In this document: piece after piece, positions 54,844 through 64,000 of the stretch
Layout of the letters: the number at the start of each line of letters is the position of its first letter
Numbering within the stretch: position 1 is the stretch's first letter
IMG/VR virus record: IMGVR_UViG_3300029904_000004
Coordinates: 1 to 64,000 of that record
Direction: 5' to 3' (one strand)
Length of the DNA stretch: 64,000 nucleotides
DNA from: a virus
Translations under genes and position numbers: made by a program
Notes under the pieces: model-generated
The model's input: the letters and a program-made list of their open reading frames with translations, nothing else
What the model was told of the DNA's origin: nothing
Databases searched by the model: none

Positions 54844-56902
54844 ACCAATTCCTCCTTCCGTAATTCATTGAATAATCAGGTGTAAAATTCCACTCGGGCA
54901 AAGTACTACCGTACATCCATTTAAACGCATTTGTAGGTATCCAAGTATTTGTATAAGGATTGTCGTTGCGTGAATACCATGGAATATATGTTGAAGCAGT
55001 CGATGTGGTCTACTGTTTCTATTCGGGATTACTATTTGTAGCACCTGCGTTAGCCCATTTAAATTCCAAATCCGCTCTATCGTTAGCCAATCTCTGTCTA
55101 TAGAAATCTGCGGTATCCATCCAAGTATTATATTTAAACTCGTTTTGATACATATTATTCATCTGATTAATAATATTAGCTATAGCAGTATCTCTATTCT
55201 TGTACTTAGCACCGTGTGAAGCAGTATAGTTTTCGTAGTCTTGCTGTGCGGCAGCCATTCTTGCAGATCTATCTTGCTGTCCTGCATTGAGTAATGAGGT
55301 ATAATAATCCTGTCTGTACTTATTATTTTGTGCAGCAGCGTTTGCGTAAGTATTAGCTATATTTCTTTGCGTTCCTATAGTATTGGCTATTTGTGCAGCA
55401 GCTCGTTGACCAGCCGTCAATCCACCCATGTTATTTATTCCGTAAGCCCCTCTACGCTCGGCATTACGTATAGCTTGTAACTCTGGGTATATATCATATC
55501 TCAATGAAGCCAACCCTTGCAAAGCTCTGTTTGCATACGGATTACTCCTATATGTATTTGTAGTGCTTACAGGTTGATTATTGTACGTTAAATACTGTCC
55601 CAAAGAAGCTGCCAAACCTACAGCGTTAGGCATTATTCTCTAATACCACGGCATATCACTTCTTTGACCAACATTCGAATAATCTGGTATTGTGATATTT
55701 ACAGCATCTTTACCGGGAGCATAATACCCTAAAGCCTATTTATTTTCGATCTGGTGCTGTTTTTCTTGTCTAGCTGATATATCTGCCAGAGCGTCTAAAA
55801 GAGGCTGTTTACGGCGATTTATTTCACGTTCTTGGACATTCTGTGTTTGCTTGCTTAATGAACTTTTATCGCTGTACTTATTTGTACGCTTTGTAATGTC
55901 ATTCAACATCTGCAATCTTGCTGTATAAGGTGCAGCCTAATCTGCAAATTTAATTCCGTTAGTCCAGTCTATATCGTTACCGAGTATTACATTATTATCG
56001 TCAGGATGTACAGATGAAGGTTGGTTATCTACACCTTTCGTACCTTTAGTAACAAGCGTTCCCTTACCCGTGTTGAAGTTAATTATACTCTCTCCTTTAC
56101 CTACCATACTGTTTATATGTCCATTACGATAACCAGATGGTGTCCATACTTTATTCATGTCTTTACCTTTATTTGCGTATAATATTCCAGAACTGTTATC
56201 GTCGTTTTCGTTATAATAATTCTATTGTAGTGCTTGAGTATTGGCTCCAGTTCTGTTATAAATATTTGTCCTATTTACTTGTCGCTAAGCTTCCCTCATT
56301 CGTTCAAGTAGCTTCTTTCTTCTACGACTACCTCCAAACAAACCTCCGATTAAACCTACAACTCCACCAACGGCGGTACCTATAGGCCCAAAAGCACTAC
56401 CTAACTACGCTCCAGATGTAACAGCATTTAATGTGTTAGAAGCATTCTCAGCCTACAATTGTTTTAGGTTTGCCTATTCGTCTATAGAATTTTGTCGTTC
56501 ATAATCTATTCCGTTTATAGTCCCTTGTGTAGAACCTGCTTCAGACATCAATTCGTTTTGCGATTTTACAGAATTTGTATTAAACGCATTGATCATGTTT
56601 GCCGCAAAATTAATTCCTTCTGTTATCGGCAAACCTTTCATTCCACCACCGGCAGCTTTATTTGCACCTTCTACTGGGACTGCTTTAACATTTTGGAGAC
56701 CTTGACTCGCATTGTTTTGAAGTATGCTGTTCGGAATCATATTCATCGAAGGCTTCGGTAGATTCTCCATAGAGGTCATTTGTATACGTCCAGAAAGCGT
56801 CCCTGTGTCGATAGGACTGTACGGTTTGAATGCGTATGCTTCTTTTCCTACTTTATACTACGGTTTTGTATTTTTAATGTATTTATATTTTCTTAAGTCC
56901 AT
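54827..56902 (-). CDS. late structural protein (~691 aa, ~11 in-frame TAG) with a Gly-rich hydrophobic segment
   Basis: Fragments 55019..55633, 55937..56158 and 56474..56779 share a frame. TGA stop at 54827. ATG at 56900-56902. Segment LGSAFGPIGTAVGGVVGLIGGLFGG followed by SRRRKK. Confidence 0.65.
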
Positions 56903-59900
56903 GACTATCTATATTTTGTAATAATGTAAGATATTGAGGTATTACCGTTAGCTGGTTCGTTTTCAATTGTACACAACATATATTTACCTCTAACTCTATT
57001 ACCGTAAGAAGGTGTATTCCCGGCAACAGTTAGTGCTCTAGGTATAGAGTACCTAAAATTACCTTCTCGGTCCGTATATTTTAAATTATGTTCTACAGCA
57101 CGATTCAAATCCGTCTCCCATGCGTATGTGTGGTTTTTAGAATAGACGTCTTTATCGTAATTATCATATCCTCTAATCTCACTCGTCACTATTTCTTGAT
57201 TGTCGAATGTTTTTGTAATTAATGGGTTCGGATTTACTACATACTGGACATATGTTCGAATCGCATTGTCCTGCGTATTTACAGGAGCTTCTTCTGTTAT
57301 TTCGTTCCATTTGTATATTCCTAATTCTTTATCACCTATAATTCTTACTAAATATGTATCGTTATCGAACTACATTGAAGTGTTATACACCATGTCGTAC
57401 AATGATGTAAACATATTATACTTTTCGTTAAAGACTATTTGGTTATCTTGTGCCAATACATTAGATACTATCTCTTGATACTTCTAATCGTAGAACATGT
57501 CTAATTCTGTAGCAGCTTCTTCTTTCTACATGAGGTTGTTCGTTTGATATGATGTATTCACTTTCTAATACTGTTGATCTCCGTATCTACGTATTTCCTT
57601 ATTCTTATCGTCATACCAATATAAGTAAGATGCAGATTCTGTGTCACAATATTTTTCAGGACTCATACCTGAAGTTTGATCTAAATAATCGTATCTACTC
57701 AATACTCCGCCATTTCCAAGAATCAACATCTGTCCGTTATCGTCTGTAATTTGAGCTCGTTCGTTAATACTAAGTAATCCTACGGCGTTATTCTGCCAAA
57801 ATACCATCTTATCTTTAAACGACTCCATGTTAGTAACCTCTCCGTATCGATTATCTACGTCTATATAGTTATTTGGCATAAACGTACTCCAGGAATCTAT
57901 AGACTCGTTATTGGTTTTTGGGTTAGAATAGTATATTCGATAGTCTACATTCTGCAAATTATTAGACTCTTCTTCAGAAATATACGGCGTACTTAATTTT
58001 GTACTGTTTTGTGAAGAATAGACTGTATTGTAATTGTATAACGGATCTGATTGGCTATAATAACCGTATACATCAGAAGGTTTTATTTGGATATTAGTTA
58101 TTCCTTCTCTCTGATAGTTTCTACTAAATTCATTACCGTACGTATAAGCTAAGTTTATATTAGTTTCTACAGGTATAGAATATATAAAACATGTTACTTC
58201 GGGGTATTTGAATTTAGAAAACCAATATTTATGTTGTGAAACATACTCCAACGGCATTATAACACAATCTCCATCAAATACAACTAACGAATCTTTTTTA
58301 GATACATCTCCGTAACTATAATAAGTATTCAGTGTTCTAGAAGTATAATCAGCCCCTCCATATGGTATAGAACTTTTTCTTATATTACATAAGTATGTTC
58401 CAGCAACACTGTTTCTGAATATTACAGTACCACTGTTGTTTGTAAGATTATCGTATACCTATAGCTCTTCTAATGTAGTTTCGTCATATTGTCGTTTTCC
58501 GAGATCTACATCAGCTTTGTATTCTATAGTATCTTTCAATACATCTTTTGTAACGTCTACATAATTATTTACAGTATCTGTAGCTATCGTCTTGTAGAAT
58601 ATATTATCGTCATCTAATGTAATCAATGCTGTTCTACCTGCAGGACCTATTACAAAACTGTTCGAATGTGCAAGTCCTGCCCATTGACCATTTCCGTCGT
58701 TTTCGTTAATATAGTCCTACGTGTTTCCGTATACTCCAAGACTTACTACATTACTGTATTGATAGTTGTCTATTACAGTCAGATTATCTTGAAAACTTGA
58801 AACAATCGTAGTATTATTACCATCTTCGTTTTTCTCATCCGTGAACATTTCGTTCCACCCGATTTCAGAGGCAACTTTAAAACTTTCTATAGTATACTTA
58901 ACATTGTTCTAAGATAAATCGCACGTGTCATATTCCGTCTTACTGCCAACAATAGACTCGTAATCAGACTGAGAGCTGTATTTTCTTAAATATGTAGACT
59001 TAGATGTATGATATAATTTAGAATAACCGTATACAAATTTAGTTATTGGTAAAGATGATTTGTTGACATATACAACCTACGTATCATTCGGACTTCCCGG
59101 AGAACGATATGTTAATGTAGATCCATCCACAATATGTCTAGTCTGGTCATAAGAATCAGGTCCAAATCCCATTATCAATCTTTGCGGATATACACAATAG
59201 TATTGAACTATATCGTAATCTACAGGACTAAATATGGATTTTAACGAAATATTAGCGAGTTTATTATCATCACTGTCTCCAGAACCCACGTATAAAGAAC
59301 CCTGGTTTGGTAAAATAGGCATTCCGTACTACATATTTGTCGAGCCTATTTGTATAAATCGAGCTCTATCTTCCATGTATACACCATCTTGGGCGAATGC
59401 TTTATTGTCTCCTGCAGATCCGTTATAATCTTCGCCGTCTCTATAATAGTTATTCGGTTGATAATCTTCGGTCTATTGAAACATGTATGTTATCGGAGAT
59501 ATACTTAAATTATACGCACTTGTTAATTGTTCTATATAATCATTCTGATAGACAACTTCTGGAGATACAAACTAATATAGGTAATGGTTTTCATAGTTAC
59601 AAACTTCATCTTTATCCAAACCTGTATCTGTCTTACTTGTATTGTATGCTACAAATTCTTTACCAGACCAGAAGTTAGCAGTAGTTAACAAACCTGTAGG
59701 AGTATAAGGATAGCTCTCTATATTTTCTTTTGTAGCATTCTTGTTGATTATTTTCCTAACAGGTCTTGATATAACACCCTAAGTAATAGTATTTATATCA
59801 GATTCGTCTCTATTACACCTAACTATTTCGTATCCTACAATCTCTAAATCTTGAGAATAATCAAGGTTTCTGGACTATACAGTGTTACGTAATTGTGTAT

Positions 59901-61758
59901 TAATGGCTTCTATATCTACATTAAATTGTATACCTAAAGAACGTACTGTTAAATCTGACAAATATCCATTCACATATCCGTCGTGTACAAATGATTCAAA
60001 GCCTTTGAAGTTTGCAGCAGGTGTTCTTATATCTTGTATCCATTTTACAGAAGACGCTTGCCCTAACTTATTATAAAATATAATACCGTATCTATACAAC
60101 TCGTCACGTCTTAAAGATTTAAGAGCATAAGATACTACAGGATTTGAATAATTGTAACCGTATGAACTATCGTCATACACACTAGACATGTCTTGTTGTA
60201 CCTTATTTTGTATCGAACCGTTTTTGTCAATATTTCCAGTCCAAATACTGGTATCGAACTATTTTGTATTATCTAGCTTTTGAATATTGTTGTGTGTTCC
60301 GAATATGTGTTCGTGGTCTCCAACAACACGTCCTGTGAAAGTACAATCGTCTCCGGATAACTCTGTTATTACGAATTTCCAACTAACATATTTACCAGTA
60401 CCTCCATAATATCCGTCTTTGTCGAATCTACACCACACTCCTTTTTTATCAGAATCTGAAACAAAATGATTCGAATCCGCATAAGTTTGAGACATGTTAT
60501 TATATATGTTATAACAGTCTGCATTTTCAGGAATATCGTTTGGTATACTGTTTATATCGAAATCTCTTTCATTACTTTCATCAGAATATTTATATAGATA
60601 CACATGTCCGTCAGGATCTGCACTATAACATCTTGTATCTATGTCTTTCAAATACTCATCTAATTGCTGTACAGTATCTTTAATATTTGCTGCAAATAGG
60701 TAATCGTATTTGGATTCTATTACTTTCGGTATTATGTGTATTCCAGAAAGTCCGTTAAACTCTTCTAAAGTTAAATGTTGTAACGATTCGTTCCCGGAAT
60801 CCACGAAGTATATATCTCTGGCATCATCTTCACCGAGACCTATACTCCTATCGAATATTAAATCTATTTCCGGTTCTTGTCCCGTTTCTACGTATTTTAT
60901 TCGGTATAGCTGTATTCTGTTAAAGTTTTTTAATTCGTTGTCTAAATGTATTTTAACTCTAACGCCTTGTCCTACATGTTTGTCTTTATCTGCTCCGTTT
61001 ATATTTTTACCGTCCCCGTTGAAAGAACCTTCTTTGGAGTATACTATAGGTATCAGTTTTGTAGGGATAGACATGTCTGTACTAATTCCGTTTTTATTGT
61101 ATAGTACGTAAGCATATGACACCATTCCGGAAGTCATATTTCCTGCAGTAAGTCCACAGAAAACAGGGGGCAATAACAACGAAGATTGATGTGCTTGTAG
61201 TTTAGTAAAATCTCCATCGAGACTATCGTTATATTCATCGTCGAGAATATTTATCACCAACAGCTCTCTATATCCGTCCGCAATATATAATTTTATATTA
61301 TCTTCGTCTTCGTATTTTAGTTCTACGGACAATCTATCAATACCGTCAGGACCACCTAATACATCGTCATCTCTGTTTTGTGTTGAAGTGAATATTCTTT
61401 TACACTCTATTCCTTCATCCGTAAGCTTTAGTCTCACGATTGTCCACGAATACTATTGTTCTCCACTTTCTAAATGTAAAGATCCTTCTAAAATTATAAT
61501 TCCGTAATTTCGTATAGTTTCTGCTGCTAGTATCTTACCTATATCGAAATCCTAAAATAAACCCTCTGTTTCTAATATTTTCTTAACGCCTTCTATAGAC
61601 TTTATTTCTCCAAACTGATTTCCAGAACTACTTAACGGGAACACTCTTATATTTTTAGCATTTATATACTAATCATTCTGTATCATTTGTACAGAAGAAT
61701 CTGTATTCATGCCTTTTACAAATGTGTTTATAAACACTGTGTCTTGATTAGTAGCCAT
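56893..61758 (-). CDS. large late structural (tail-like) protein (~1,621 aa, ~18 in-frame TAG)
   Basis: Fragments 56905..57189, 57565..58257, 59077..59322, 59875..60189 and 60259..61437 share a frame and the gaps contain only TAG. TAA stop at 56893. ATG at 61756-61758 follows an in-frame TAA. Composition is rich in N, Y, S, T and G. Confidence 0.7.
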
Positions 61759-62677
61759 AATAATAATCGTTGTAATTTAATTGTCTACGACCAACACTAC
61801 TAAAGAATGTATCGTCAGCATCCCATTCAGGTACTAGTTTGGTCCATTCGTTCTTAATACTTCTAAGTTCTCCTTCTGTAGGCATCATGGCTTCTCCGTA
61901 AGCCTATCCTCTATAAAAATTCCACTGTGATTGTATATATTGATATACTCCGGAATTACCTCTAACTCTAGCTCCGCCTAATTTACCATTTAAGAATTTA
62001 GGGAAATTTAGCTTCATCATAACATACCAGTATATCGCTTCTTGGTATGATACTGTATCAGGTATTAAAGGATATCCTCGCTCATCTGTAGCCACTGCTT
62101 TGTATGATAGTTTTACAAATCCGTCTTTTTTATTAAATACTATCCAACCTGGTTTTATAAAGTACGTAGGTTCTTTATGCTTCATATCTATCATCCTACT
62201 TACATACTTGCTCAGATTTACGCCGTAAAACTGTGATTGTGATGTTGGTAGTTTGTACCTCATAGGTTGATGTTCAGGCTACGGTTTAGTTCCTACATAC
62301 ATCGGTTTATCTTCTATAGCCACGTTTGCAGGATCGTACAACGGACCTTCTATTTGAGGCTTTGGTTTATTATCTCTTTTAGGTTCTTTGAACATTGCTG
62401 TTTCTGAACGTACAGGAACCCAGAATGATCTATCTGCTCTATTAGAGTATGCGATACCTTGTAGTCTATATAAATCATCCGGCATTGGTACCTGATAGTC
62501 CTCTATCTTTATCGGAGGTGTTTCTACGTCGATATATTGTACAGGAGCTCCTATTTTCTCAACAGCTTCAAATATCCATTCTCGTATATCTGATATTCGT
62601 ATATCTTTCTCAGACATGTTCGAGTCTGCCATTATTTTTGCTATAACAGGCTCACATTTTGTATATTTGTATATCAT
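61748..62677 (-). CDS. late protein (~309 aa, 2 in-frame TAG)
   Basis: Fragments 61904..62263 and 62279..62677 share a frame. TAA stop at 61748. Confidence 0.65.
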
Positions 62678-63101
62678 CTATGTTTATATAATCGTGTTTA
62701 TTAAATATAAGCTGTGCTAATTTACGTTTATTTGCTCGTACAAGTGATAATCTATATTTGTATATATCAGGGAATGTGTTTTCATTTTTAGACCAGTATA
62801 ACCTATATTTGTAACCATCACTATGCTCGTTTAAATGATATATTGTTTTACCGAGCTCGTTGCTTGTTTTATAATCCTTAGACAAGCTCTTATTTGTATA
62901 TGTTTTAGGCTTGTATTTAACTATGCATATAAAACCTAGTCTCTAAGGCATTTTAAAGCCTTCTGACGCGTTTAAAAGTAAATCCAGTAGATTTATATTA
63001 AACTGCTCTAAAATGCGCTTAAAACGCAAATATGACGTATTCTCGTCAATCTTTTTGTAAGCTTTATACATGTCCCTGATTGTAAATGATTTTTTCATCA
63101 T
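62652..63101 (-). CDS. HU/IHF-like DNA-binding protein (~149 aa, 1 in-frame TAG)
   Basis: Track fragment 62652..62885 extends through the TAG at 62943 to ATGATG at 63096-63101. The stretch GFKMP-*-RLGFICIVKYKPK resembles the HU/IHF beta-arm entry (GFGxFxV.xR). TGA stop. Confidence 0.55.
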
Positions 63102-63778
63102 GCTTTCCACCCTTTAAGTTCTAACGATTGTGGTTTAATATCTTCAAGGGTAGAGTTGTTTTCTTCATCACTTGGGGTACGAATTAAGAAGTTGAGTTCG
63201 TTCGCCATAATCATTTGCTTGATTTGCGGAACCATCCACCCGGGAATGTTTATTCCGTCCTCATCTTCTTCATCAGTATCTACAAATATACCAGTAAGCC
63301 ATATATATTTCAATTCGTTCTAATCTACAAGTCCTTGTATATACACACGATTGTTTGTAAAACTCCACGACAATTCACCAAATGTATACTTCCTGTAATA
63401 CTAAAAATGTCTGCGTTTACTATTCATGTACTAAATTGGACAACCTTCCTGATCGAATACTGCAATAATGTTGTATGGATCGTCTGCTATTAATTCGGGT
63501 ATATCTTCCTTGGTACGTTTTGTAAATAAACAAGAACCATCCAATCCTTTAACGTCTTCTAACTCCAAAGGACCGATGGTTTTGTACATACTCTTATCGT
63601 CTTCATCTTCTCCGTTATCACGTTCCCGATCTCTTTTTTGTTTGAGTAATAACGCTTTGTACGATAATATCCAGTGAGCAATCTACGCCCTAGAGAAGTC
63701 TTCACTTTCACTTATGTTGTTATTACGTAAAAGTAGCATTATGTCGTCTATTAACGACCTAAGTGAAAACATTTTCAT
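63098..63778 (-). CDS. late protein (~226 aa, 4 in-frame TAG)
   Basis: Track fragment 63098..63313 extends upstream through four TAGs to the ATG at 63776-63778. TGA stop overlaps the next ATG. Confidence 0.55.
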
Positions 63779-64000
63779 ATTTCTGTATTTTCTATTATTC
63801 TTACACTATCTTCTTTTATTAGTTCGTTACTGTTTACTATCTTATACTTATATTTAGTTACTTTTTTCCAATCTAATGTAAACAGTCTCTAAAAGAAGTT
63901 CTTCTTGTTTTTATATTCTTTCTTTTTGTATACATACAGATATTGCTGATTACGTATATCTACTCTCATTCGTATACTGTCTTTATCTATATTATAATAT
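63775..64000 (-). CDS. 3' end of a further late gene (partial; continues beyond the window)
   Basis: The frame is open from 64000 down to the TGA at 63775-63777 with one in-frame TAG (~63889). ATGA junction with the next gene. Confidence 0.45.

Noticed and set aside
14401-56820. Apparent 1-nt frame discontinuities when I counted positions from the printed sequence against the ORF track. They occur around 14401-14520, 34440-34500, 53761-53881 and 56761-56820, always at line boundaries. I considered programmed frameshift sites.
   Set aside because: The ORF track translates straight through these spots, and the offsets cancel within one or two printed lines. I treat them as counting or format artefacts and follow the track. 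One consequence is that I could not read the base at about 34500, so continuity of gene 30849..36095 at that single codon is unverified.
30876-63677. Plus-strand ORFs of 60-130 aa listed by the track inside the late block (for example 35415..35732, 38859..39230, 60710..61111).
   Set aside because: They lie antisense to the long merged minus-strand genes. Their composition is low-complexity and rich in F, S, I and L, as expected for shadow frames of AT-rich coding DNA. They do not tile or couple with neighbours.
30849-64000. Fragmented minus-strand ORFs read as pseudogenes or a decayed prophage.
   Set aside because: Decay would scatter all three stop codons and frameshifts. Here every break is TAG, frames are preserved over as much as 17 kb, and the real gene ends use only TAA or TGA.

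Overview
This is an AT-rich dsDNA phage segment whose gene content and layout fit a crAss-like (Crassvirales-type) phage of Bacteroidota; that assignment is an inference from motifs, with no search run. The plus strand (1-30770) carries about 50 tightly packed genes that read normally in the standard code. They are small early genes followed by a replication module: family-B DNA polymerase, DnaB-like helicase, TOPRIM primase-like protein, SSB-like protein, two P-loop ATPases, two PD-(D/E)xK nucleases and an ECF-type sigma factor. The plus strand also holds two clean tRNAs (Lys-UUU, Leu-UAA), several tRNA-like T-arm hairpins and three long ORF-poor stretches (5.0-5.6, 11.3-12.2 and 16.4-18.5 kb). 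The minus strand (30849-64000) looks shattered into about 45 fragments in the standard-code ORF track. Every fragment ends at TAG, neighbouring fragments share a frame, and the gaps I walked codon by codon contain TAG but no TAA or TGA. Read with TAG as a sense codon (most likely Gln, code 15), the block becomes nine contiguous late/virion genes. One of them is a single ORF of about 5,694 aa (36092-53176) that carries a DFDID RNA-polymerase-type motif, an HExxH motif, a PD-(D/E)xK-like module and a DUF1848-like Cys-rich C-terminus. Four plus-strand genes, including the polymerase, still terminate on TAG, so the element appears to use two coding regimes. I found no CUA-anticodon tRNA in this window. 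Coordinates follow the ORF track where possible; features I derived by hand may be off by 1-2 nt.
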